NCBI RefSeq assembly: GCF_009914755.1
Contig: NC_060931.1
Length of the DNA: 64,000 nucleotides
Strand: one strand, 5' to 3'
From: the human T2T-CHM13v2.0 reference genome, Homo sapiens
The notes beneath the pieces are model-generated. The model was given only the letters and a program-made list of their open reading frames with translations, ran no database searches and was not told the DNA's origin. The translations under genes and the position numbers were made by a program. Shown here piece by piece: positions 13,015-34,439 of this stretch (its first letter is position 1; each line of letters begins with the position of its first letter).

Positions 13015-13436
13015 CTAGTCATTTCATAGGCATCTCAGTTATCAGATCAACTGTTGATGTATCTCAGTGCTTGCATTCAACTAACCCTATTTTACTTCAT
13101 AAGGGCCCCAAAGTACAAGAGTAGTGATGCTGACTACTTGGATATACCAAAGAGGAGCCATAAAGTGCTTCCTTTAAGTGAAAAGGTGAAAGTTTTTGAC
13201 TTAATAAGGAAATAAAAAAATCATATGCTGAGGTTGCTAAAATCTATGATAAGAACAAATCTTCTATTTGTGAAATTGTGGAGAAGACAATTTTGTACTA
13301 GTTTTGCTGTCACATCTCAAACTGCAAAAGTTATAGCCACAGTGCCTGTATAGGATATATAGGGTACTATCCACAGTTTGAGGCATCCACTGGAGGTCTT
13401 ATAAACGCATCCCATGCAGATAAGGGGAGGACTACT
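13015..13436 (+). mobile_element. Second MER44/Tigger7 fragment (3' part)
   Basis: Homologous to 12370-12752; ends GATAAGGGGAGGACTACT. Confidence 0.8.
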
Positions 13437-13672
13437 CAAGAAAGCATAGTTAAGGCTTTGAGAAATGAACTATGATAAAAATACCACAAAGGTCTCAGAA
13501 CAACTCGCAAGCGTTGCATGTAATGTACAGACCCAAAGAGCATAGCAAAGGCTTTGAAAACTAAATATTGGAATTACTGTCCCTGAAGGCATGACAGAAC
13601 TTGTGATCTGAGCCTAACCAGATTGATTACTTACTAAAACAAACAAAAATCAGTATCTTTAGAAGATTTTAA

Positions 13673-14418
<746 letters not shown>

Positions 14419-14441
14419 TGAAACAACCCAAAGGTCTCTCA

Positions 14442-14867
<426 letters not shown>

Positions 14868-15542
14868 TCAAGAACATTTTACAAAGTGAAAGAAGCTATA
14901 CTCGAAAGATTACATACTCTGTGATTCCACTTATATGATATTCTGGAAAAGGCTAAATAAAAACGATAGGGAGCAGATCACTTGTTGCCAGGAGTTACAT
15001 GTGGAGATAAAGTTTGACTACAAAGGGGTACTGCATGAAAGAATTTACTTTGGGCCAAGGGAAGGGAAAGAACTGTTCTGCATCTTGATTGTAGTCATGG
15101 TAACTTGCGTACAAGCATTTGATAGAATGCATAGAACTGTAAACAAAAAGAGTAATTTTTACTCTATGTAAATTTAAAAGTGAATTTCAAAAAATCATGC
15201 ATAAAAAGAAAACACCATCTGTGAAGCAGATGACCTTACAGGTGAATTCTACCAGACATTTTCAGAGAAATAATAATACCAGTTTTACATAAACTGTCTC
15301 AAAAATTAGAAAGGAGAGAACTCTTCCCAACTCACTTTATGAGGACAGTATTGTCTTGATAAAAAAATTAGACAAAAATATTGCCAAAAAAGAACTAGAA
15401 AACAATCCCTCATGAACACAAAAGCAAAATCCTTAACATTACATGAGCAAATCAAAATCAATAATATGGGAAAAGGATAATGCATCATGACCAAGTGGGG
15501 TTTATCTCTCGAATGCAAGATTAATTTTATGACTAAAAATCA

Positions 15543-15898
<356 letters not shown>

Positions 15899-15922
15899 TT
15901 AAGCAGTGTAATTCACCACTCA

Positions 15923-16342
<420 letters not shown>

Positions 16343-16458
16343 CTAACTTGAAAGAGAAGAGAACCTCCTCCAACAACAGGCATCTGTGAAAAATTTACAC
16401 TTAGTGCTACACTTTAATAATGAAAGACTGAATGCTTTCCCTTTAAGATTTGGAACAA

Positions 16459-16758
16459 CTTTTGTTGTTGTTGTTGTTGTTTTGAGACGGAGTCTCACTT
16501 TGTTGCCCAGGCTGGGGTGCAGTGGTGTGATCTTGGCTCACTGCAACCTCTGCCTCCTGGGTTCAAGCAATTCTCCTGCCTCATCCCCACTTAGTAGCTG
16601 GGACTACAGGTGAGCACCACCACACCTAGCTAATATTTGTATTTTTAGTAGAGACGTGGTTTCACCATGTTGGCCAGGCTGGTCTCGAACTCAGGTGATC
16701 CACTTGCCTCGGCCTCCCAAAGTTCTGGGATTACAGGTGTGAGCCACCACGCCCAGCC
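16459..16758 (-). mobile_element. AluS
   Basis: Antisense dimer with (TTG)n tail; TGGAACA on both flanks. Confidence 0.92.
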
Positions 16759-16942
16759 TGGAACACCTTTTTTTTTTTTTTTTTTACCACTTTTATTCAG
16801 CATCGTACTGGAGGTCCCATACAATGCAATTGGACAATAAAATAGCTTCTGGTTTGGGGTTCTTCATGTAAGGCACTTGGTGCTACTCCATCCTAACAAA
16901 TAAAAAGCTGAACAGACTGAAAAATCAATTACATATGCTTAG

Positions 16943-16943
<1 letters not shown>

Positions 16944-16982
<39 letters not shown>

Positions 16983-16988
16983 ACACAT
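16944..16988 (+). repeat. (CA)n microsatellite
   Basis: Near-perfect CA run with one interruption. Confidence 0.95.
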
Positions 16989-17085
16989 ATATGCTTCTAT
17001 ATGAGTAAAATTAATGACAGCAATGATATAATTGGCAGGAAGGAGTAATTATGATTATTTTGTTATTATAAGGTGAAGCAGTACA

Positions 17086-17347
17086 CAATCGTCCCTTGGT
17101 ATCTGTGGAGCATTCATTCTAAGACCCCTGTGGATACCAAAATCCACACATACTCAAGTCCCTCTGCATACCCTGCATAAGAGAAAAGTTGGCGCTCTTT
17201 ACTGGGGGATTTTGCATCCTGCAATCTGCATTTGGTTGTGGATGCAGAACTCTACAAGAGGGAGGGTTGACTGGATTTATTGAAAAAAAAAATCCTTGTA
17301 AAAGTGGACCCATGCTGTTCAAACACATATATTGCTAGAGCCAAATG
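17086..17347 (+). mobile_element. MER8 (Tigger2-related MITE)
   Basis: GATACCAAAATCCAC..ATACTCAAGTCCC and AAGTGGACCCA..GTTCAAAC blocks. Confidence 0.78.
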
Positions 17348-17576
17348 TAGTGTCATTTGAAAGTGGACTAGGATTAGTTGGAAATCAACACTGCAAATTT
17401 AGGGCTACCACTAAAAGAAATAATTATAAATCAAATGCTAAAAAGGAGAGAAAATTGAATCATATAAAATGCTCAGTTAGAACCACAAAACAGAAAAAGA
17501 GTGGAAGATAAAAATAAGAACAGCAAGGGCAATCAATAAAAAATAGTAACAAATATGATGGATATTAATCCAACTA

Positions 17577-17682
17577 CAGCAGATCCTCAAATAATGTTGT
17601 TTTGTTCAACATTGTTTTATAGTAATATTGATGAAAAAAATAAATTTCTGGCTAAGGCCACTCTGTGTGTGTGTGTGTGTGT

Positions 17683-17723
<41 letters not shown>

Positions 17724-18788
17724 TATGGGGTATGCATGTTCTCCCTATGTCTGCCTGGGTTTTCTCTGGGTACTCTGGTTTCCTACCACATCCCAAAGAC
17801 GTGCATGTTAGGTTAATTGGAGAGTCCAAATTGTCCCTGTCTGAGTGAGTGTGGGTTGGGGGTGTGTATGTGTGTCCTGCAATGGAATGGCATCCTGTCC
17901 AGGGTTGGTACCTGAGCTGCTGGGATAGGTTCCAGCTAGCTGAGACCCTGAACTACAGTAAGTGGATTGGAAAATGAAGACATAAACAGATACAAATTAT
18001 TGCAAAATAAAAATTCATAAAGTATGTGATAATTATACAAATGTACAACAATAAATGCAGTATGAAAGCACTCAGCAAGCCCACCATATTTGTTATTGTT
18101 TGTTTTTGAACTGCATAGTGGTAGAAGGTGCTTCTTACAATGTTCCCTTTGCAAATATTTATTCCTTGATTTAACTCATCACAACTACAACCACCATTGC
18201 TCACTGGTTCACCAAAAATTGAGTAAATAATTATCTTGTTTTTCTTAATCTTTCTTAAATATATGTATAGCCCGCATTTATTTCAGTTTGTAATGTTAGA
18301 AGTGTTTTGAGTCTTTATTTAGAAGTTTGGACCAGGTGCAGTGGCTCACACCTTTAATCCCAGCACTTTGGGAGGCCATCGTGGGTGGATCATTTAAGCC
18401 CAGGAGTTTGAGACCAGCCTGGGCAACATGGCAAAACCCCATCTCTACAAAAAATACAAAAATTAGCCAGATGTGGTGGTGTGCATCTGTAGTTCCAGCT
18501 ATTCAGGAGGCTAAGATGGGAAGACTGTTTGAGGCCAGAAGATTCAGGCTGCAGCAACAGAGTGAGACACTGAAAAAAAAAAGAGAGAGAAAGAAAGAAA
18601 GAGCGAGAGAGAGAGCGAAAGAAAGAGAGAGGAAGAGGAAGAGAAAAGAGAAAAAAGAAAGTTGGTAGTGTTTTTCCATAGGAACTTGTTTATATCAGTT
18701 AGCCTATAGTAATACTGGTTTTGTTATGCATTGTCTTGCTTAAAGTCTCAGTTTCTAAGAGCCTGTCAACAACATTAAGAACTTACTA
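17577..18788 (+). mobile_element. MER6 (TcMar-Tigger) with internal (TG)n expansion (17664-17722) and an Alu insertion
   Basis: CAGCAGATCCTCAAATAA start, V-SINE-like core, ACTTACT end, TA duplications; the host L1 rejoins across it. Confidence 0.85.
18328..18660 (+). mobile_element. AluJ with a right-arm deletion and purine-rich tail
   Basis: Alu body jumps from CTGCAG to CAACAGAG; GA-rich tail. Confidence 0.88.
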
Positions 18789-21700
18789 TATATCAGTAAT
18801 CGCTTTGAACAGCAACGATAAATGCACCAATTAAAAGACAGAGATTGTCAGAGTGGATGAAAAAAACAAGACCCAACCATAGGATGTCTACAAGAAATCT
18901 ACTTTAAATATAAGACATATAAATTAAAAGTAAATGGGTGGAGAAAAATATACCCTGTTAACACTAATCAAAAGAAAGCAGAAGTAGCTATATTAATTTC
19001 AAACACAATTGACTTCAAAAAGGAAAGTTATCAGTGATAAAGGCATTACATAATGATAAAGGAGTTAATTGTCCAAGAAGGTGTAATAATCCTTAACACA
19101 TGTGCACCTAACAAGAGCATCAAACTAGGTGAGACAAAACTGATAGAGCTGCAAGAAGACATATTTAAAACAACATGTCTCAAAAACAACAACAACAACT
19201 AAAACCCTTTCAATTCAATGAAGGTGAAAACAACGTATCAACGTTTGTGGAATGCAGTGAAAGCAGTGTGTAGAAAGAAATTATGTAGTATTGAATGCAT
19301 ATTTTAGAAAAGAAGAAAGATCTAGAATTGTTTCCACCTTAGAATACTAGAAAAAGAAGAGCAAGTTAAATCCAAAGTAAGCTGAAGAAAATAAATAAGA
19401 ATTAGAGCAGATATCAATGAAATTGAAAACAGGGAATCAGTAAAGAAAATAAATGAAATGAAAAGCTGGTTCTTTGAAAAGATTAATAAAATTGATAAGC
19501 CTCTAGTGAGGCTGATTAAGAAAAAAGACAGAAGACACAAATTACTGACATCAGAATGAAACTGATCACTACAGATCTCATGGACATTAGAAATATTTTA
19601 AAAAGGAATACTATGAACAACTCTGTATCTACAAATTTGATAACTTAGAAAAAATGGACCAATTATTTGAAAGATATAACATGCCAAAATCCATATAAGA
19701 AGAAATAGACTCTCTGAATAGGCCTATATCTATTAAATAAATTGAATAAATAATAACCTTCCAAAATAGGAAGCACAAAGTTCAGATGGGTTTACTGGTG
19801 AATTCTATCAAAGCCTTTAAGGAAAAAATTATACTAATTCACTACAATTTCTTTTGGTAGATAGAAGAATACTTCTGAATCACTCTGAGGCCAGCATTAT
19901 TCTAATGCCAAATCTAGACAAAGACCTTAAAGAAAACAAAATTATGGACCAATGTCTCCCATAAACACTAAGTGCAAAAATCCTCAACAAAATTGAATCA
20001 ACAATGTATAAAAATAATTATATACCACTACCAAATGGGATTTGTTTCAAATATGCAAGGCTGGTTCAACACTCAAAAATCAATAGATGTAATCCATCAC
20101 ATCAACAGGCTAAAAAAGAAAAATCATGTGACCATATCAATAGATGCAGAAAAATTATTTGACAAAATGCAAAGCCCATTCATGATAAAAAACAAAAACT
20201 CTGAGTAAACTAGGACTAGAAAGGAGCTTCCTCAACTTGCTAAAGAATATCTATATAAAACCTGTAGCTAACATCATACTTAAAGGTGAGAAACTAGAAG
20301 CTTTTCCACTAAGATCAAGAACAAGGCAAAGATGTCCCCTCTCACCACTCCTTTTCAACCCTGTGCTGGAAGTTATAGCTGATGCAGTAAGACAAGAAAA
20401 GTAAGTAAAAGACATAGATTGGGAAGAAAAAAAATAAAACTGGCTTTATTCTCATATAACATGATTGTCATGTAGAAAAAGAATCAACAACAACAAAAAA
20501 CTCCTGAGACTAATAAGTGTTTATAGCAGAGTTGTAGGATGTAAGTTTATTTTGCAAACGTCAGTCACTTTCCTACGCAGCAGCAATGGACAAGTGGAAT
20601 GTGAAATCAAAAACAAAACATCATTTCCATTAGAACCCCTTAAAGTGAAATACTTAGGTATAAATCTAACAAAATAAAGATATATAAGGAAAACTACAAA
20701 ATTCTGATGAAAGAAATCAAAGAACCTAAGAAATGGAGAGATATTTCATGTTCATGGAGAGAAAGACAATATTTTCAAGATGTTAGCAGTTCTTCCCAAA
20801 TTGATCTGTAGATTCAATGCAATCCCAATCAAAATCTCAGCAACTCATTTGTGGATATCAACAAACTTATCCTAAAGTTCATTTGAAGAGGCAAAACACC
20901 CAGGATAGCCAACCCAATATTGAAGGAGAAGAACGAAATTGGAGGACTGACACTACCCGACTTCAATACTTACATATAACTCAAATATATGTAGGTTCTG
21001 TTGTCTTAGTTCAGGCAGCTGTAACAAAAGTGCAATAGACTAGGGGGCTTAAATAACAGAAATTTATTTCTCACAGTTCTGAGGCTGGGCATTCTCAGAT
21101 CACAGTATTGCTGGTGATACTGACCATGCTGGCATGGTCAGTTCTGATGAGGCCTTCTTCCTGGTTTGCAGACAACAGTCTTCCTGTTATTCCTCGTATG
21201 GTGGAGATAGAGAGGAAGGAAGCTATAAAGCTATAGTAATCAAGACAGTATGGTACTGGCAAAAGAGTGGACAAATAGGTTAATAGAACAGAATAAAGGG
21301 TCCAGAAATAGACCCACATAAATATAGTCTGCTGAATTTTGACAAAGGAATAAAGGCAATACAATGGAGTAAAAGACAGTATTTTCAACAAATGGTGCTG
21401 GAGGGGGCAGTTGCAAAAAAAAAAAAAAGAGGTATTGGAAGAACTGGACATGTACATGCAAAAAAAAATGAATCTAAACACAGTTCTTCCACTCTTAACA
21501 AAAATGAACTCAAATGGATTTTGACCTAAATGTAAAATGCAAAACTATGAAACTTCTAGAAGATAACATAGAAAACCTAGATGACCTTGGGTTTGGTGAA
21601 TACTTTTTAGATACAACTCCAAAAGCATGATCCATTAAAGAAATCATTGATAAGCTGAACTTCACTGAAATTTAAAAGTTCTGCACTACGAAAGACAATG

Positions 21701-22928
21701 TCAAAAAAATGAGAAAACCCACAGGCTGGGAGAAAATATTTGCAAAAGGCACATCGATAAAGGACTATTATCTAAAAATACAAAGAACTCTTAAAATTCA
21801 AAAACAACAACAAAAAGATTTAAAAACGGGCCAAAGACCTTAACAAAAATCTCACCAAAGAAGATATACAAATGGCAAATAAGCACATGAATACATGCTT
21901 CACATTGCAGGCAAATGCAAGTTAAAACAATAGTAAGATACTATCACACACCTATTAGAATGGTCAAACTCCAGAATACTGACAACACTAAAAGCTGACA
22001 AGAATGTGGTGCAACAGGAACTCTCATGTATTGCTGTGAAAGTGCAAAATGCTATAGTCACTTTGGAAGATAGGCAGCGTCTTACAAAACTAAATATACT
22101 CTTAACATATATCCAGCAATCATGCTCCTTAATATTTACCCAAAGGAGGTGAAAACTTATGTCCATATAAAAATCTGCACATAGATGTTTAAGCAGTTTT
22201 ATTTATGATTGCCAAAACTAGGAAGCAACCCAGATGTCCTTCAGTAAATGAATGAATAAATAAACTTTGACACATCCAGATGATGGAATATTATTCAGCA
22301 ATAAAAAGAAATGAGCTGTCAAGCCATAAAAAGACATGGAGGAAACTTAAGTGCATATTACTAAGTGAAAGAAACCCATCTGAAAAGTCTACATACTGCA
22401 TGACTTCAGCTATATGACATTCTGGAAAAGGCAAAACTGTGGAGACAGTTAAAAAAAGATAGTGATCACTAGGGAGTTTGGAGTGGGTGGAGAGAGATGC
22501 ATAGGCAGAGCACAAAGGATTTTTAGGGCAGTGAAAATGTTCTGTATGATACTATAACGATGGATACCTGTCATTATACATTTGTTCAGATACCTAGAAT
22601 GTACAACGCTAAGAGTGAACTCTAACGTAAACGATGGACTCTAGGTGATTATGATGTGTCAATGTAGTTTCATCAGTTGTAACAAATGTGCCACTCTGGT
22701 GGAGGATGTTGATGATAGGGGAAGTTATGCACATATGGGAACAAGGAGTATGCTGGAAATCTCTGTACATTTCTCTCAATGTTGCTATGAATCTAAAACT
22801 ACCCCCACCTCCCAAAAAATAAGTCTTAAAAAATTCACTTTAGAAAAGAAGTAAAATTGTCTTTATTCACAGACAACATGATTAAGTAGAAAATTGTAAG
22901 AAATCTATTAAAAAGCTACTAGAACTAA

Positions 22929-23340
<412 letters not shown>

Positions 23341-23438
23341 TAATAATAGCATTTGGAAACTGAAATCTTAAAGTCACTTACAATAATGTACAGAATATGT
23401 AATAATTAGAGATAAACAACAAATATATTCAGGTTCTG

Positions 23439-23805
23439 TTGTCTTAGTTCAAGTAGCTATAACGAAAGTACTATAGACCAGGTGACTTAAGTAACAGAAA
23501 TTTATTTCTTACAGTTCTGGAAGCTGGGCATTCTGAGATCACAGTATTGCTGGTGATACTGATCATGCTGGCATGGTCAGTTCTGATGAGGCTTTCTTGC
23601 TGGTTTGCAGACAACAGTCTCCTTGTTGTTCCTCACATGGTGGAGTTAGAGAGGAAGGAAACTGTCTTCTGTAACTTCTTTTAAGGCCACTAATCCCATC
23701 GTGAGGCTCCATACTCATGACCTAATTACCTCCCACAGGCCCCATCTGGAAATATCATCACATTGGGGATTATGAACTTTTGAAGGACGCATTCAGTCAA
23801 TAGCA
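23439..23805 (-). mobile_element. MLT1A-type solo LTR (ERVL-MaLR)
   Basis: TGTCTTAGTTC start, AACAGAAATTTATTTCT-ACAGTTCTGG motif, CATTCAGTCAATAGCA end. Confidence 0.88.
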
Positions 23806-25431
23806 CCCGTCCTCTGAAAAGTATAAAACATTACTGAGAGAAATTAAAGCAGAGTTAAATAAGTAGGGGAAAATACCATATTTAAGGAAAATCTAATTCA
23901 ATACAAGATGTCAAATCTCACATTATTTTTAGTAGACACGTTGATATATTGATATCAATATTGATATATCGATATCACATTGATATATTGATTGATATAT
24001 ATTGATATATTGATTCATCACCATCCCAGTCAAAATTCCATTAGCCTTTATTTTTTTTTATACTTTCAGTTCTGGGATACATGTGCAGAATGTGCAGGTT
24101 TGTTACATAACTATACACTTGCCATGGTGGTTTGCTGAACCCATCAACCTGTCATCTACATTAGGTATTTCTCCTAATGCTATCCCTCCCCTAGCCCCAC
24201 ACCCCCTGACAGGCCTCGGTGTGTGATGTTCCCCTCCCTGTGTCCCTGTGTTCTCATTGTTCAACTCCCACTTATGAGTGAGGACATGTGATGTTTAGTT
24301 TTCTGTTACTGTGTTAGTTTCCTGAGAATGATGGTTTCCAGCTTCATCCATGTCCCTGCAAAGGACAAGAACTCATCCTTTTTTATGGCTGCATAGTATT
24401 CCATGTTGTGTATGTGCACATTTTCTTGATCCAGTCTATCACTGATGGGCATTTGGGTTGGTTCCAAATCTTTGCTATTATTAACAGTGCTGCAATAAAT
24501 ATACATGTGCCTGTGTCTTCATAGTAGAATGACTTATAATCCTTTGGGTATATACCCAGTAATGGGATTGCTGGGTCAAATGGTATTTCTGGTTCTTGAT
24601 CCTTGAGGAATCGCCACACTGTCTTCCACAATGGTTGAACTCATTTACACTCCCACCAACACAGTAAAAGCGTTCCTATTTCTCCATATCCTCTCCAGCA
24701 TCTGTTGTTTCCTGACTTTTTAATGATTGCTATTCTAACTGACGTGAGATGGCATCTCGTTGTGGTTTTGATTTGCATTTCTCTAATGACCAGTGATGAT
24801 GAGCTTTTTTTCATATGTTTGTTGGCTGCATAAATGTCTTCTTTTGAGAAGTCTATGTTTGTATCCTTTGCCTCTTTTTGATGGGGTTGTTTTTTTCTTG
24901 TAAATTTGTTTAAGTTCCTTGTAGATTCTGGATATTAGCCCTTTGTCAGATAGATAGATTGCGGAAATTTTCTCCCATTCTGTAGGTTGCCTGTTCACTG
25001 TGATGATAGTTTCTTTTGCTGTGCAGAAGCTCCTTAGTTTAATTAGATCCCATTTGTCAATTTTGGCTTTTGTTGCCATTGCTTTTGGTGTCTTAGTCAT
25101 GAAGTCTTTGCCCATGCCTATGTCCTGAATGGTATTGCCTGGGTTTTCTTCTAGGGTTTTTGTGGTTTTAGGTATTGATGGAATGTATCTCAAAATAATA
25201 AGAGCTATTTATGACAAACCCACAGCCAATATCATACTGAATGGGCAAAAGCTGGAAGGATTCCTTTTGAAAACTGGCACAAGACAAGGATGCCCTCTCT
25301 CACCACTCTTATTCAGCATAGTATTGGAAGTTCTGGCCAGGGCAATCAGGCAAGAGAAAGAAAGAAAGGGTATTCAAATAGGGAGACAGGGAGTCAAATT
25401 GTCTCTGTTTGCAGATGACATGATTGTACAT

Positions 25432-31682
<6,251 letters not shown>

Positions 31683-32607
31683 TGATTGTACATTTAGAAA
31701 ACCCCATCATCTCAGCCCCAAATCTCCTTAAGCTGATGAGCAACTTTGTCAACGCCTCAGGATACAAAATCAATGTGCAAAAATCACAAGCATTTCTGTA
31801 CACCAATAATAGACAAACAGAGCACCAAATCATGAGTAAACTCCCATTCACAATTGCTTCAAAGAGAATAAAATACCTAGGAATCCAACTTACAAGGGAT
31901 GTGAAGAACCTCTTCATAGAGAACTACAAACCACTGCTCAAGTAAATAAGAAAGGACACAAACAAATGGAAAAACATTCCATGCTCATGGATAAGAAGAA
32001 TCAATACTGTGAAAATGGCCACACTGCTCAAAGTAATTTATAGATTCAATGCTATCCCCATCAAGCTACCATTGACTTTCTTCACAGAATTAGAAAAAAC
32101 TACTTTAATTTATATGGAACCAAAAAAGAGCCCATATAGCCAAGACAACCCTAAACAAAAAGAACAAAGCTGGAGGCATCATGCTACCTGACTTCAAACT
32201 ATACTACAAAGCTACAGGAACCAAAACAGCATGGTACTGGCACCAAAACAGATATATAGACCAATGGAAGAGAACAGAGGCCCCAGAAATAACACCACAC
32301 ATCTACAACCATCTGATCTTTGAGCAACCTGACAAAAATAAGCAATGGGGAAAGGATTCCCTATTTAATAAATGGTGCTGGGAAAACTGGCTAGCCATAT
32401 GCAGAAAACTGAAACTGGATCCCTTCCTTACACCTTATACAAAAATTAACTTAAGATGGATTAAAGACCGTCAGCTTTTTAAAAATAGAAATTGACAAGC
32501 TGCTAGCTTCTCAATTTGGAAATGCAAAGTATCTAGTACAGACAAAACAATTTTGAAAAAGAATTAAGTTTGAGGACTTATAATACCTAATTTTAAGACT
32601 TATTATA

Positions 32608-32933
32608 GGCTGGGTGCAGTGGCTCATGTCTGTAATCCCAGCACTTTGGGAAGCTGAGGTGGGTGGATAACTTGAGGTCAGAAGTTCCAGATCAGCCTAT
32701 TCAACATCATGAAACCCCATCTCTACTAAAAATACAAAAATTAGCTGGGCATGGTGGTGGGCACCTGTAATCCCAGCTACTCTGGATACTGAGGACAAGG
32801 ATCACTTGCACCTGGGAAGCAGAGGTTGCAGTGAGCCCCGAGATTGTGTCACTGCACTCCAGCCTGTGACAGAGCAAGACTCTGTCTCAAAGAAAAAGAA
32901 AAAAAAAAGCGAGAGAGAGAGAGAGAGAGAGAG
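32608..32933 (+). mobile_element. AluS with (GA)n tail
   Basis: TSD AGACTTATTATA / AGACTTAGTATA. Confidence 0.92.
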
Positions 32934-34086
32934 ACTTAGTATAAAGCTACAATAATAAATACTATATTTTACTAGTATAAGAATAGATACATATGGAACA
33001 GAATAGAGTACCAAAATAGACCTACATATATTTGGTCAATTGGTAATTTTTAAAGGTGTCTTGAGAATTCAATGGGAAGAAGATCTTTTTTTTCAACAAA
33101 TGGCGGGAATAATTGTATATATATGCAAAAAAATGAACATCAACCCTTACCATACACAAAAAATTAATTTGGAATAGATTAAAGATCTAACTATAAGAGT
33201 TAAAACTATAAAATTTCTAAAAGGAAATATAGGAGAAAATCTTATGACCTTGGGTTTGACAAAGATTTTTTTTTAATTCAGGATAATCTGTAAGAATTCT
33301 TTTATAAAATATAAAAAGTGTGAACCACAAAAGAAAAAAACAATAAATTGGATTTCACCAAAATTCAAAAGACACTGCTAAGAAAATGAAAAGGCTAGGA
33401 GACATTGAGAGAAAATATTTGCCAAACATATCTGGTAAAGGATTTATATCCAGCATATACAAGGAACTCTCACAACTTAATAATGGGAAGGCAACCTAAT
33501 TATGTTTAATGGAGAAAAATATCTGAACAGATACTCTACCTAAGAATATATATAAATGGCAAAAAGAAGTGTATGAAAAGATATTCAACATAGTAATGCC
33601 ATTTTGGAAATGCAAATTAAAACCTTGAGATACTAGTACAATTTCACTAGGATGTCAAAAATTTGAGATACTGACAATGCCATGTGTTAACAAGGATGTG
33701 GAGCAGCGGGAACCCTGGTACGTTATTGGTAGGAATATAAAAAGTACAGCCACTTTGGGAACCAATTTGGCTGTTTCCTATAAAATTAAATATATGTTTA
33801 GATTATGACCCAGAAATTCCACTCTTGGTATTACCCAAGAGAAATGAAAACTTGTAGTCACATGAAGACTTGTACTCAAATGTTCATAGCTACTTGATTC
33901 ATAGTAGCTAACAAACTGGAAACAAATGAAATGTCTATCAATTGGTGAATGGCAAATAAAATGTGGTTTATTTATGCAATGCAATTGAACTCAGCAATAA
34001 AAGGAGTGAAATACTGATACCCACAACAATGTAGATGAATCTCAAAAACCTTACACTAGGTGATACAAGCCAGACACATCTATAAT

Positions 34087-34439
34087 TGTTTTAGTTTGAT
34101 TTTCTATGAAAAAGTACTGTAGACTCTGTGGCTTATAAACAACATAAATGTTATTTCTCACAGTTCTGGAGACTGGAAGTCAGAGATCAGGGTGCCAACA
34201 TAGTCACCTTCAGGTGCAGGCCCTCTTCCAGGTCGCAGACTGCCAACTTCTCATTGTAGCCTCACATGGCAGAAAGCAAGCTAGCTCTGTGGCCTCTTGT
34301 TACAAAGGCATTAACCCCATTCAAGAGGGTCCCACCCACATGGCCTTCCACAGGTCTCATCTCCAACTACCTTCACATTGGGATTAAATTTTAGCATATG
34401 AATATTGGGGCAGGGGACATAAAAATTCTGTTCACAACA
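34087..34439 (-). mobile_element. MLT1A-type LTR
   Basis: TATTTCTCACAGTTCTGGAGACTGGAAGTC motif; TG...CA ends. Confidence 0.82.

Larger units (their letters stand above)
16990..22830 (+). mobile_element. Large L1MC-type (L1MC1-like) element, interrupted by MER8, MER6/Alu and a templated insert
   Basis: Continuous degenerate ORF2 (e.g. [21 protein letters not shown]) followed by an L1MC-type 3' UTR; 5' boundary approximate. Confidence 0.82.

Noticed and set aside
12162-13436. Two MER44 copies as a local tandem duplication
   Set aside because: They differ substantially and have different internal structure; independent insertions are more likely.
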